From a phage, in sequence record NC_102531.1: a DNA stretch of 64,000 nt; one strand, written 5' to 3'. Position numbers and translations under genes: made by a program. This document shows positions 8,906 to 18,325 of the stretch, in pieces. Numbering within the stretch: the stretch's first letter is position 1; the number at the start of each line of letters is the position of its first letter. The notes under the pieces are model-generated. The model did no database searches and had not been told where the DNA came from. It saw only the letters and a program-made list of their open reading frames with translations.

Positions 8906-8906
8906 T

Positions 8907-9140
8907 ATGGCAAAAATTCGTAAATTATCTAGTAATCAGGTTGTGAAAGACTTTGAATCTGGAGAGATTCTTTATGTTCGTGATGCAGATGACGAAGGTG
9001 AAGATCTCGTTATGTTGGTGGGGCACGCTGAGGACGGATGCATCCAAGCTGTTTTTCTTGAAACAGCTATGGTGCACTGGATAGAGCTGGACCTGAAAGC
9101 ACGAAAACCTAAAGCAGAAATCCTGATTTACGAAGATTAA
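8907..9140 (+). CDS. small protein, paralog 4 of tandem family (diverged, 77 aa)
   Basis: Starts 2 nt after paralog 3; GEILYV...LVMLVGH...AVFLE...WIELDLK follows the same pattern. Confidence 0.45.
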   Translation: MAKIRKLSSNQVVKDFESGEILYVRDADDEGEDLVMLVGHAEDGCIQAVFLETAMVHWIELDLKARKPKAEILIYED

Positions 9141-9155
9141 TAAAAGGAGAGAGCC

Positions 9156-9605
9156 GTGTTGAGCAAACGTGAATGCGACAGCATTAGCCTGAATTCTTAT
9201 AAGAAACAATGGTTTGGGGTGGAAGTTTGCCGACTGCGGCTAGGCTCCTACCTGAACTTCGTTTATTATGAGAGCGACAGTCGTATCGTTTCTTATGAAG
9301 TGTTCTACACTAAGAACACATTCGAACTGCGCCGTAAAGTAGAGGGAGGGAGAACTACCGCCCAGAATAATTGGGAAACTATTCTGCCTCCAGATGTTAT
9401 AGGAAGCCCCCTGAATGTATCTGAAGATGAAAATCTTATGGTTCATGCTATGATGGGACTTGACAGCTTAGAGCTGGCGATCTATGATATGTCCATCGAA
9501 GCAGTTAAGCTGGACTACATCGAAAACACTTTAGAGGAAGGTATCAAGAAGTTTCTCAGTGAGAAATTAAAAGACCACTTTCATAAGGAGCTATATCTGT
9601 TATGA
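9156..9605 (+). CDS. hypothetical protein (149 aa)
   Basis: GTG start with SD AAGGAGAGAG upstream; no recognisable domain. Confidence 0.5.
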   Translation: MLSKRECDSISLNSYKKQWFGVEVCRLRLGSYLNFVYYESDSRIVSYEVFYTKNTFELRRKVEGGRTTAQNNWETILPPDVIGSPLNVSEDENLMVHAMMGLDSLELAIYDMSIEAVKLDYIENTLEEGIKKFLSEKLKDHFHKELYLL

Positions 9606-9847
9606 AGACCCGTAAAGAACGTAACAAAATTTTACCTGGAGCTCTCGAACACCTGATGAAGTGCAGATCTATTTGGCACTCTGCCAAGGAAGGGCAGAAG
9701 GTGGTTGTGGTTAGTGACAATGCCAACCCGTTTGGAGATTATACCACCATGATGGCCCCATATGTCCGTGATGGCGTTGTAGAAGTGGTCCCTTACAACG
9801 GTTTGCATGAACGGCACTTTGAAAGCACTTTGCTAGTGGAGCTATAG
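9602..9847 (+). CDS. hypothetical protein (81 aa)
   Basis: ORF track; ATGA overlap with upstream stop. Confidence 0.45.
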   Translation: MKTRKERNKILPGALEHLMKCRSIWHSAKEGQKVVVVSDNANPFGDYTTMMAPYVRDGVVEVVPYNGLHERHFESTLLVEL

Positions 9848-9849
9848 TC

Positions 9850-10416
9850 ATGGCGGTCAATGTGGCTTACAACACAGGAAAGCTTGACAGAGACATTGGG
9901 TGTCTTGTCCTTTCAGATACAGAAGAGTATTGGGGTTATGGGTTGCTGTCAGACCCACACCCGAGCAACCTTGTATCAACAGTGCTATACCGCTACGACC
10001 CTGTGCCAACGGTACACGACAAAGACATTCACGACCTTCGGATCAAGTGTCTGGAAGATCTGCTGAACAATGGTTGCAACGATCTGCAGGTAGCCAAGGA
10101 GAAGCTTACAAACATTCACAAAGAGGAAGTGATGAGTACCCTCAGTAAAAGATCAGTGCACAAAAAGATGATGCTGAACTTTGCAATGGGTATCTACATG
10201 GATGGGTATAAGGGAGGGGATCCGATCCTCAAGCTTCGCTGCCCGACACTGTGGGAAAGAGTGGTTGACAGTAAGGACGGTACTGCCCTGCTCGAACTCC
10301 ACACTGCAGGTTGGATTTGGCGGTATGTAGACGGATACCCTCTGTGGGCATGTGGACCTGGGGAATTTGTTGACAGACCTAGCGCGGTGGTGGACTTACT
10401 ATTGCAGTTTGAATAA
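9850..10416 (+). CDS. hypothetical protein (188 aa)
   Basis: ORF track; starts 3 nt after upstream stop; no recognisable domain. Confidence 0.5.
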   Translation: MAVNVAYNTGKLDRDIGCLVLSDTEEYWGYGLLSDPHPSNLVSTVLYRYDPVPTVHDKDIHDLRIKCLEDLLNNGCNDLQVAKEKLTNIHKEEVMSTLSKRSVHKKMMLNFAMGIYMDGYKGGDPILKLRCPTLWERVVDSKDGTALLELHTAGWIWRYVDGYPLWACGPGEFVDRPSAVVDLLLQFE

Positions 10417-10473
10417 AAAGGTGAGGTATAAGGTATTCATACACCTACCAACAATACAACAGGAGAGACTAAG

Positions 10474-10749
10474 ATGACGAAAGAAGAGGCCGACGTATTA
10501 GATTTTGCACTAGAGGCTACGCAGGAGGCTTTGGTGTTAGCTTGGAAAATGAACCAGCGTGCTGCAGAATGCAACCGCCGCATCAATGAGATCTTGGGCA
10601 TGTCTATGTATGATTTCACCATGCATGCCGGAGAGATTCCTGAATTAACTGCCGAGATGAATGATCTTGACGATAAAATTAATATCATTCTGAAGACAGC
10701 AGAAACAACTCACCAAACCGCCCGTAAATTTATCAACGAGAAGGTGTGA
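10474..10749 (+). CDS. hypothetical protein (91 aa)
   Basis: ORF track; SD GGAGAGA upstream; predicted helical. Confidence 0.45.
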   Translation: MTKEEADVLDFALEATQEALVLAWKMNQRAAECNRRINEILGMSMYDFTMHAGEIPELTAEMNDLDDKINIILKTAETTHQTARKFINEKV

Positions 10750-11216
10750 ATATGGACTACAGCTACTGCGGGGAAGAAGTCCCTTTTAATTACAGCAATC
10801 TTACAACGAGCAATCCATATGAGACTCGCCACGGCACGCACATCATTGCCATCGACTTTGATGGAACGTTTAATGCGAGCCCTTTCATCTTCTCCCGCCT
10901 GATCAGGGATCTGAAGAAGGAGGGGTGGACAGTCTACCTTGTGACTTTCCGATTCATTACTCAAGACAATGTAGACATTGAGTATTGGCGCAAGGAGCTC
11001 GATGTTGGTGTGTTCTACACAGGTGGTGTTCAGAAGGCAGCCTACCTGGCGCAGTTTGATATCTACCCAGATATCTGGATTGATGATTCTCCGGCATGTA
11101 TTCCGGCTAAGAATCAGTTAGAGTTTGCAATGAAGGAGATTGAGTATAAGTCTGAGGCTAAGCGGAACGGATGGCCCTTTATTATTGAAGATTACCCAGA
11201 TCCTGAACCGGAGTAA
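10746..11216 (+). CDS. HAD-superfamily-like small phosphatase/nucleotidase (tentative)
   Basis: 156 aa; HIIAIDFDGTF matches HAD motif I (DxDGT); possible motif II VYLVTFR. Weak, motif-only. Confidence 0.4.
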   Translation: MNMDYSYCGEEVPFNYSNLTTSNPYETRHGTHIIAIDFDGTFNASPFIFSRLIRDLKKEGWTVYLVTFRFITQDNVDIEYWRKELDVGVFYTGGVQKAAYLAQFDIYPDIWIDDSPACIPAKNQLEFAMKEIEYKSEAKRNGWPFIIEDYPDPEPE

Positions 11217-11221
11217 GAGCC

Positions 11222-11392
11222 ATGAGGCGAAGATATCATTACCTGATGTGGAAGTTATATCAAAATGCTGCCAAAGCCTATCATACCATGTTTGGCAATG
11301 ACGATCACTACATCATGTTACATCTCACCGCTATTGAGCATCACAATGAGTGGATTCATGCAATCGTGGCAGGTGATAAAGACTTTAAGTAA
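11222..11392 (+). CDS. small hypothetical protein (56 aa), below ORF-track cutoff
   Basis: ATG 11222 with GGAG about 9 nt upstream, read by eye: MRRRYHYLMWKLYQNAAKAYHTMFGNDDHYIMLHLTAIEHHNEWIHAIVAGDKDFK, stop 11390..11392. Confidence 0.35.
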   Translation: MRRRYHYLMWKLYQNAAKAYHTMFGNDDHYIMLHLTAIEHHNEWIHAIVAGDKDFK

Positions 11393-11442
11393 AGTATACC
11401 TCAAAAACGTATAGTGCGGCTTTCTAGACGGAGACTGATTAA

Positions 11443-11823
11443 ATGTGCAAGTGTAAATCCTATAATTGGAAAGTGAAAGGTGCCAAGCATCCAAATGTTA
11501 TCGTTGATGTGCCTAAAAATCTTCGTGACGGCAAAAAACGTGTGTGCCTTGATAAGTGTATGGCTAAGCCTATCATGAGTTTGTGGGCAGCAGGTTTGAA
11601 AACGCTAAACTGCTGCTGTGGTCATAACAAAGATATTCCAAGCATCATTATCCCAGAAGATGCAGATCCTAAAGCTTATGCCAAAATACTGACCCGCTAT
11701 CCCAGCACCTTCCTGATCGGAAAATGGTGTCACGATGAACTCCAATGGTGGATAGCCTATGGTAGTATAGGCACTACTTTTGGCTTCCCAGCTTTGTCAG
11801 AGCGCTATGTCAAAGTGTCATAA
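11443..11823 (+). CDS. Cys-rich small protein (126 aa)
   Basis: ORF track; clustered cysteines MCKCKS...CLDKC...NCCCGHNKD...WCHD suggest metal binding; family unknown. Confidence 0.5.
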   Translation: MCKCKSYNWKVKGAKHPNVIVDVPKNLRDGKKRVCLDKCMAKPIMSLWAAGLKTLNCCCGHNKDIPSIIIPEDADPKAYAKILTRYPSTFLIGKWCHDELQWWIAYGSIGTTFGFPALSERYVKVS

Positions 11824-11832
11824 TAGAATTTA

Positions 11833-11850
11833 AGGCCTCAAACGAGGCCT
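11833..11850 (+). terminator. stem-loop downstream of 11443 gene (weak terminator candidate)
   Basis: aggcctc-aaac-gaggcct hairpin right after the stop; trailing U-tract is poor. Confidence 0.3.
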
Positions 11851-11927
11851 GTGCCTTCATAAATTTCCCCACCCTGTGCGATTGCCTTCCTGAATAAAAT
11901 ACCCTCTCAGATCTCTTAAAATTAAGC

Positions 11928-11956
11928 TTGACACCACCACCAGATCTATATATAAT
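11928..11956 (+). promoter_or_regulatory. consensus sigma70 promoter
   Basis: TTGACA 11928..11933, exact 17-nt spacer, TATAAT 11951..11956; then AGGAG and ATG 11985. The ORF track's TTG start at 11928 is the -35 box. Confidence 0.6.
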
Positions 11957-11984
11957 TCTCACCAACCAAACAGAGGAGATCGTC

Positions 11985-12389
11985 ATGGATAATCTTGCAG
12001 ATGTAAATGTCGAAATTGTTAAACTAAAGTTCTTGGGCTTTCGAGACCATTCTTTAACAGCCATACTAATGGATACTCACTTCACACCAGGTAAAGAGTA
12101 CACTGCCTTCCGTTATATTTGCGGAGATCACGAATCAGCTTACAGTGTGAATACAAACCTCGGCGAGGGATATTTCATCAGAGATATCACAGATCACTTG
12201 TGGGGCATGTGGGAGTTGGTGGAGGAAGAGAATAAATCCCTTCCTAAAGAGATTTGGGTGCACACCTTCCACACAGGTAAGTTTGGAGGTACGGAACATA
12301 AGTCTATCCACTATGATGAAGAAAGTGCCATCAAACAACAAGCTGTGCTTGGTGGATCTATAGAAAAATTTGTTAAATGCGAGGACTGA
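11985..12389 (+). CDS. hypothetical protein (134 aa)
   Basis: ATG 11985 with SD AGGAG 7 nt upstream, downstream of the consensus promoter. Confidence 0.55.
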   Translation: MDNLADVNVEIVKLKFLGFRDHSLTAILMDTHFTPGKEYTAFRYICGDHESAYSVNTNLGEGYFIRDITDHLWGMWELVEEENKSLPKEIWVHTFHTGKFGGTEHKSIHYDEESAIKQQAVLGGSIEKFVKCED

Positions 12390-12392
12390 GAA

Positions 12393-12593
12393 ATGGCTGA
12401 TTTTTGTAAAGATTGCTCTGAAGAGTTGTTTGGCTTTGACTGCAAAGATTTGGAAGGTCTGATCACTGAGGATCAGTGGAAGGAAGGCTATGCAGCACCT
12501 GTTATTTGTGAAGGTTGTGGCTATACCTATGTTGACCATAAAGGTAAGCGCGTCAAGCCGTCTGAAGATGGGGCATGTTGGGAGTATTACTAA
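12393..12593 (+). CDS. small zinc-ribbon-like protein (66 aa)
   Basis: Two CxxC pairs (CKDC ... CEGC); last plus-strand gene before the convergent terminator. Confidence 0.45.
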   Translation: MADFCKDCSEELFGFDCKDLEGLITEDQWKEGYAAPVICEGCGYTYVDHKGKRVKPSEDGACWEYY

Positions 12594-12603
12594 CTATAAA
12601 AAG

Positions 12604-12627
12604 AAAGGGGCCGTTTGGCCCCTTTTT
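12604..12627. terminator. bidirectional rho-independent terminator between convergent operons
   Basis: aaaggggcc-gttt-ggccccttt hairpin flanked by A-run on one side and T-run on the other; sits between the plus gene ending 12593 and the minus gene ending 12641. Confidence 0.6.
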
Positions 12628-12640
12628 ATTTACCCCCTTG

Positions 12641-15600
12641 TTAACGAGAAAAGGTTGCGTAGGCTTCTAGACGATACTGCTGGTCACCAGGGAACATAAC
12701 ACCTATAGAGGCTGTCCCTAGAATCCTGCCTTCCTTTCCAGACTCCATTCTGAACCCTACCCATCCTGAACTCCTTGCAGCCTCGATGTTGTCGCTATAC
12801 CCGAAAGTGGCAAGATCGTCAACACCAGCCCCAAACAGCAACTGAAGCTGACTTCTCGGAAGCCCTATAATTTCAGGAATATACGCACCAAAGTACACCA
12901 TCTGCCCTACCTTAGGACCGCTGCCGTACTCCATCGGTTTGCTTGTAGAGAAAGTCTTCATACCAGAAGTACCTGCCGGATTAGGGTATGCCCCGTTTGT
13001 TGCTGTACCTATCCACATTCTCCACTGTGGTGCCATCTGTTTGACAGTAAAAGATGTTGAAGACGTTTTGCGCCCTGCATCATCTGTAACTACAAACTTT
13101 ATGGTGACATTCCCAGTAGCTTTAAATGTTACCAGTCCTGTGGTGGCATCCACTGTTGCAATGTTGGTATTACTACTTTCCCAAGTCTTTCTAATCCCGG
13201 ATACGTTGGAAGGGGTAATAGAAGGTTCCTGCATCTGCAGTTTACCCCCAACAATCCCTATGCCGTTGCCCGGATTATACAGCACACCAACCTCGTCTAT
13301 AATGTTCCCTGCTTTGAGACTATACTTCCTTGAGAAGTTGTAGGTTCCGTTATAAGTGTGTGTCCCCGAGAAGGTGACATCTGCCTTCCCGTAAGAGATG
13401 CAAACCAAAGCATACTTCCTGTCAGGCAACGTTTCTCCAGTCTCTGGGTGAGTTTTACCTACCTGGAACACACTCGGGTCAGTAGAGTCGTGACTATCAC
13501 TAACGGAGCTTGGACCGCCCATCAACTGTGACAAACAATTCCTTACCCATGTCCAGTTATTATCGCTGGAGAAGTCCACAGTCAAATCAAACACAACCCA
13601 CTCATTTGGCTTCCACACAGGTGTTGTAATGGACTTGCCTACACCACCTCCTTGGAGTGTTGCCGACTGTTCAGTGATCAGGGCCGCATAGGCCAGAGTT
13701 CCTAAACTCAAAGTCTGGCTTGCTGTCCTCACTACCTTAGAATCAGCATCTGTGAAGTTGTTGATGATCTGGAATGTGCCATAAGTGTTTTTACAGGTAA
13801 TTCTGGCGTTCAGCGTGTCAATCTTCCTCACATCTGCCATAGCAGTGTTAGACACAGAGAAGTCAGAAGCTTTAGCTGAGTTTGCCGCAACAGCAGGATC
13901 AACGTTAAGAGTTGCGTTGAACTGACAGGCAGGGGTAACCAGCAGCTTGTTATCACCTATTTGCTTCCATGAAATACTTTGGACAGGTAGATTCCATTTA
14001 ATACCTGAGAAAACTTTAGCAACCCTTGGCCCCAAAGCTCCAGTCCTGTTGTCTTTACAGCACATAGACATGGTGATCGTTGACGGAGTTGCTTGACCAA
14101 ATAATTGCTGTGCTTTTGCAGAGGACATAGTGTAGAAATTGTCCTTAACAAACTCATCAGCAGCTAAAGATCCATCAGCTCTCCACCACTGAACCTGGTA
14201 CCCTGTTTTGTCCCAACCACCGACCTGCTTCAAGTCCTCCCAGGAGATTTCTAGATCCCCAGTGGTAGGGTTGATTGCAGCAGTTCCCGGTGTTCCGGGT
14301 GACCACAATGGGATATCGAACCACGCTGGTTTAACAGATTGTACTGCGTTCGGTCCTATTGCAGCAGCAAGTTGCTGACCCATCAACACACGAGCATCTT
14401 TTACCAAGCCCCATTCAATCATGGACCCGGAGTAGCCTTCTTTCTTATAGGCCGAAGATCCGTTCAAATGGATAAGTCTGCTGCAGTCGAAACCATACGC
14501 CCCGCCACCGTTAGGATCTGCAAAGTTAGTTATGATTCTATCCCTTATATTTTTCCATGCCCTGCCTCCAATCTCATAGTCATGGTCATAACATCTCTGC
14601 AGCGTTGTCCAGCAAATGATTGCCATTCTTCTGCCACCAGTAAACCCGAAAGCGCCGTCATTCAACTCTTTCCACAGATAGCAGTTAGTTGCCCACATAG
14701 CTCTGTGGATATTGAACCAGTTTATAGACTTAGCAGAATTGTCCCACTGAGTTCCAGGTAATTCAGGCCACACCGCATTCACCAGCATATCCTCTGTGCC
14801 AGCATCGACCAGGAAGCCTCTTACCTTCCTACCCATCCCTTCTCTGTCTTTAGCAATCCAATTGCCAAACAGCCTCAGTTTTGGACCATAAACAACATCT
14901 TCAGGGTGCTCAAAAGAGACATACTTCAAGTATACCGTAGGATCACCGTAGGTGCCATCACAAACACTTTTATGCATGTTCTCACCCAGGTCTAGACGAA
15001 GTCCTGTCACCACTTTAGATGTGTCGGTGAATTTGTCTGTTAAATCAAATTCATACCACCACCATCCGCCACCAAGCATAAATTTCTTGCACCGCGCAGT
15101 GTCTGTATCTGATATTCTCTTATCCCCTGCAAAAGGTGAATCAGCAAACTGATAGTGCAGAGCAGTCTCAAATAGATGTGTTGAGGTTCCGTTTTCTGCA
15201 AGAACTTGCTTACCTATTAAGTCACACTTAATAATCATCACAACACGCTTGTAGCCGTTTGTTATCGGAACCTGCATAGATATGGATGTTCCGTCCATGT
15301 TCGATCTTAGTGCGGTCATGATGATGTAAGGATCAACAGCATTACCCAAAGTTTCAGGTCCTGGAATTATCTTGTACTTCTTGACCTGCCCCATGAATCT
15401 GTCACTGGCGTAAGTTGCAGCCTCGAAGCAAGACCCACCTCCAGGTAGTTCCCCCGGACCCCAGAAAAATGCGCCATAACAGTTATAAAACCATTTGTTA
15501 GGGTCATATTTATTCTTGAAGGTCTGAACCTCGTTGGCCTGTTTTGTCAAGAAAACCTGCGTGTCTGTGAAGATTGCAGGGTTTACTCTCGCCTGTCTTG

Positions 15601-18277
15601 GAGGGTAACCTGTAGTTTGGTTAAACCACAAATTACAAGAGTAATCCCTCATATAGTCATAATCAGAGTATTTGTTTACATCTTCGTTCCAACACATGTT
15701 TAGGTTGGTACCGCCCATGCATACAATATATTCTGCGACATACTTATCACTTCTGGTAGGAATACCTATGAACCATCTGTTAACAGGCTCATCCCAAGCT
15801 GTGCGCTCATCTTTAACGCAGATAGCAATCCAGTCATGTGTTCCTGTTTTCTTGCACACATCTCGCTTCATACCATAGTAGAACTCTTTAGTATTCGGCT
15901 CAGGTGCATTTATCAGGTAACTCCATGCCTGATTTGCATAAGTTCCATTGGTGCGTGGATCATGATCAAAGGCATACATGATGATCCTTTCCCCACCAAG
16001 ATGTTCGCCAAGAGTAACTTTGACATTCACATCGCCGTAACCATTGCGAACAACCTCCATATTATCAATAGAGATACCTCTGGGCGTGTAGGCAATTTTC
16101 AGCGAGTTATCTTCACTAGTGCCGCCAAGTGTAATCCCTATGTTGTTTGTTGTCCCGTCGACATATCTTACTGTAGCTTCCCAGCGTATTCCGAAATATC
16201 CTGCATCATGGCTGACAATTTTCAGTGTACGAGCTCCCGGGTGAGGTTTTCCAGGATCAGGCCAAGGGTCTGGGTGTTCGTGAACAGTCAACGACGTTCC
16301 GTTCTGCTCATTAACCTGCAACATTTTACCACCCTTGCCATTAGGATTGAACTCCCACAAGGCTTGTGTTTTCACAATATTGTCATACGTGGCGCGTCTT
16401 TGATCGTAGATCTCTTGGGTCACATCATAAGTTACTGATCCAGCATCCATTCTGTGGAGTCTGACCATATACGATGTATCCCCTTCTACTGCAGGCTGGG
16501 TCCCATTCAGCCCAAAGTATACAGTATCGTTAACATGGAACTGCTTGTTTCTACCAACGGTATGCCACTTGCCGTTGGACGGATACGCAGGAACTATGGT
16601 GTTCCAGTTCAAAGTCCTTGTCGTGTGAGTTCTGCCTGTGCCATGCTTGTCATGATAGGTTATTTTTACAGAGTACAGGCCACGTCTGTTAACATTTCTG
16701 TTATACTGGGTAACAACAACTTCGTTGGCCCCGCCGTGGTTCCAGTTGGTGGAGAATTGGTAATTTGCATCTGTAACAACCGTACCTGCAGCATTCACCA
16801 GTTCAATCTTGTCAATGATGAACGTAGCTCCCTCTGGCTGAGGCTTCAATTTCATCTTGACCGTGTCACCAATGTAGATATTGCTAACACTGCTAACACC
16901 ATTAACGTCGAAAATATCATCAACGCCCCAACTGTCTACTGGGACATTTTTATACCAATTCTCAGGAACCTCTGTGAACCCCTGACTATTAAGTCTGCCG
17001 CCAAACAGGTTATTAGAGCCTGTAAAACTTCCCCTTGGGATACCTGACCACCAAAGTTTACCATTAACAACAGTAAAGGTCCCTAAGAAACCTTCTCTGT
17101 GGATGCCTTGGAAATAAACACTCTCTGTCCAGCTGACTGGCAGGCGTTGCTCAACATATTTAGCTGTAGCAAGAGCTTGATAGTGGATAAAATCGGCCCT
17201 AGGACTATTGTTTGCAGATTGTGCACCAATATCATTACATAAGTTGCGAGAGAACCCACGATACTGCTTAGTGCCATTATTGAAGAAAATGCCACTTGTG
17301 CCGTACCCACGAGCCATCATTACCTCATGGGTGTAGGTGATATTCAGTTCCCGCCATGTATCATCTCCCCAAATGTTTTGACCATAAAATACGTTAACAA
17401 GCTGCTGGTCATCGGGTCTATGCATCCTCTGTGTAGCAATTACTGCCCCGTTAGGACCACACATAAACCCTTTCCACTCCTCATCTGCAGGAATGCCCCT
17501 CAAATCGTTACGAGTAATCTGCACAGGAGGCCAAACAAGGTCGTTTCTACTGTTATTTCTCAGAAAGTCGTATCCAGCAATCCAGAAACCCCTAGGACCA
17601 CCGAAAATAACAGAGTTGTCATGCACCTCACAGTTGATGCTTGGGTTTTTCCAAGGGCCTGTTTCAGGATTTTCCGATGTCTCACCAATCTTTACAGGGG
17701 TTGCATGCTGATTTTTATCTACATGCAAAGATCCGTAGGTGTTGTTACCAGATCCATACAGGTTAAGTATGCCAGTACCTTCTGCCTCTGCAATAACCCA
17801 GACAGTGTTGTTAATACCGCCCATCACCTCAATAAGGCGTTCTGGGTGGGTGTCAAGGTGCAATCCTTTAACAATCTGCTCTGGGAGTGGTGTCCACTCG
17901 TTTACGCAAACATCATTACCGCCTGCCGCAGTGGATCCGATAAGACCTGCAGTGCAGCCGATGTAGAAAAACTGGTTATCAAAAGTCCGGATCACAAACG
18001 CGCGGTCTGCTCTCCACACATGATCAACATTCCAGGCTGTTTCGCTCGGATAGTTTATAGGGCTACGATCCCCAGTGCGGCACTCTCCGAACTTGTTATA
18101 GCCAGTAATATTAAGCTGACCATCATCAAAAAGTATAGCTAAGCTATTTACATAGGATACTGTGTTGCTTGTACCATCACTGTTGTCTATTGGGTATGAC
18201 AGAACAGCAAGTTCCTTAATTCCACCCCTCTTATCGAGGAAATGACGACCAAGTTTTAGCAAAGGGATTGGAAGCAT
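12641..18277 (-). CDS. giant tail fibre/adhesin (1878 aa) with C-terminal Ig-like domain
   Basis: Single 5.6 kb ORF at the distal end of the tail-fibre block; Ig-like segment IRKTWESSNTNIATVDATTGLVTFKATGNVTIKFVVTDDAG near the C-terminus; Gly/Asn/Thr-rich. Confidence 0.55.
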   Translation of the reverse strand: MLPIPLLKLGRHFLDKRGGIKELAVLSYPIDNSDGTSNTVSYVNSLAILFDDGQLNITGYNKFGECRTGDRSPINYPSETAWNVDHVWRADRAFVIRTFDNQFFYIGCTAGLIGSTAAGGNDVCVNEWTPLPEQIVKGLHLDTHPERLIEVMGGINNTVWVIAEAEGTGILNLYGSGNNTYGSLHVDKNQHATPVKIGETSENPETGPWKNPSINCEVHDNSVIFGGPRGFWIAGYDFLRNNSRNDLVWPPVQITRNDLRGIPADEEWKGFMCGPNGAVIATQRMHRPDDQQLVNVFYGQNIWGDDTWRELNITYTHEVMMARGYGTSGIFFNNGTKQYRGFSRNLCNDIGAQSANNSPRADFIHYQALATAKYVEQRLPVSWTESVYFQGIHREGFLGTFTVVNGKLWWSGIPRGSFTGSNNLFGGRLNSQGFTEVPENWYKNVPVDSWGVDDIFDVNGVSSVSNIYIGDTVKMKLKPQPEGATFIIDKIELVNAAGTVVTDANYQFSTNWNHGGANEVVVTQYNRNVNRRGLYSVKITYHDKHGTGRTHTTRTLNWNTIVPAYPSNGKWHTVGRNKQFHVNDTVYFGLNGTQPAVEGDTSYMVRLHRMDAGSVTYDVTQEIYDQRRATYDNIVKTQALWEFNPNGKGGKMLQVNEQNGTSLTVHEHPDPWPDPGKPHPGARTLKIVSHDAGYFGIRWEATVRYVDGTTNNIGITLGGTSEDNSLKIAYTPRGISIDNMEVVRNGYGDVNVKVTLGEHLGGERIIMYAFDHDPRTNGTYANQAWSYLINAPEPNTKEFYYGMKRDVCKKTGTHDWIAICVKDERTAWDEPVNRWFIGIPTRSDKYVAEYIVCMGGTNLNMCWNEDVNKYSDYDYMRDYSCNLWFNQTTGYPPRQARVNPAIFTDTQVFLTKQANEVQTFKNKYDPNKWFYNCYGAFFWGPGELPGGGSCFEAATYASDRFMGQVKKYKIIPGPETLGNAVDPYIIMTALRSNMDGTSISMQVPITNGYKRVVMIIKCDLIGKQVLAENGTSTHLFETALHYQFADSPFAGDKRISDTDTARCKKFMLGGGWWWYEFDLTDKFTDTSKVVTGLRLDLGENMHKSVCDGTYGDPTVYLKYVSFEHPEDVVYGPKLRLFGNWIAKDREGMGRKVRGFLVDAGTEDMLVNAVWPELPGTQWDNSAKSINWFNIHRAMWATNCYLWKELNDGAFGFTGGRRMAIICWTTLQRCYDHDYEIGGRAWKNIRDRIITNFADPNGGGAYGFDCSRLIHLNGSSAYKKEGYSGSMIEWGLVKDARVLMGQQLAAAIGPNAVQSVKPAWFDIPLWSPGTPGTAAINPTTGDLEISWEDLKQVGGWDKTGYQVQWWRADGSLAADEFVKDNFYTMSSAKAQQLFGQATPSTITMSMCCKDNRTGALGPRVAKVFSGIKWNLPVQSISWKQIGDNKLLVTPACQFNATLNVDPAVAANSAKASDFSVSNTAMADVRKIDTLNARITCKNTYGTFQIINNFTDADSKVVRTASQTLSLGTLAYAALITEQSATLQGGGVGKSITTPVWKPNEWVVFDLTVDFSSDNNWTWVRNCLSQLMGGPSSVSDSHDSTDPSVFQVGKTHPETGETLPDRKYALVCISYGKADVTFSGTHTYNGTYNFSRKYSLKAGNIIDEVGVLYNPGNGIGIVGGKLQMQEPSITPSNVSGIRKTWESSNTNIATVDATTGLVTFKATGNVTIKFVVTDDAGRKTSSTSFTVKQMAPQWRMWIGTATNGAYPNPAGTSGMKTFSTSKPMEYGSGPKVGQMVYFGAYIPEIIGLPRSQLQLLFGAGVDDLATFGYSDNIEAARSSGWVGFRMESGKEGRILGTASIGVMFPGDQQYRLEAYATFSR

Positions 18278-18298
18278 TGTGTTCTCCAGATAAGAAAA

Positions 18299-18316
18299 CC
18301 GCCCCGTCAGGAGCGG
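18299..18316 (-). terminator. hairpin plus U-tract between fibre genes
   Basis: Minus transcript ccgcucc-ugac-ggggcgg followed by uuuucuuaucu; located between the 18326 stop and the 18277 start. Confidence 0.4.
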
Positions 18317-18325
18317 TTAGATATA

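Noticed and set aside
11928-11984. TTG start at 11928 for the 153-aa ORF
   Set aside because: The TTG is the -35 hexamer of a perfect sigma70 promoter; the ATG at 11985 has a proper SD.
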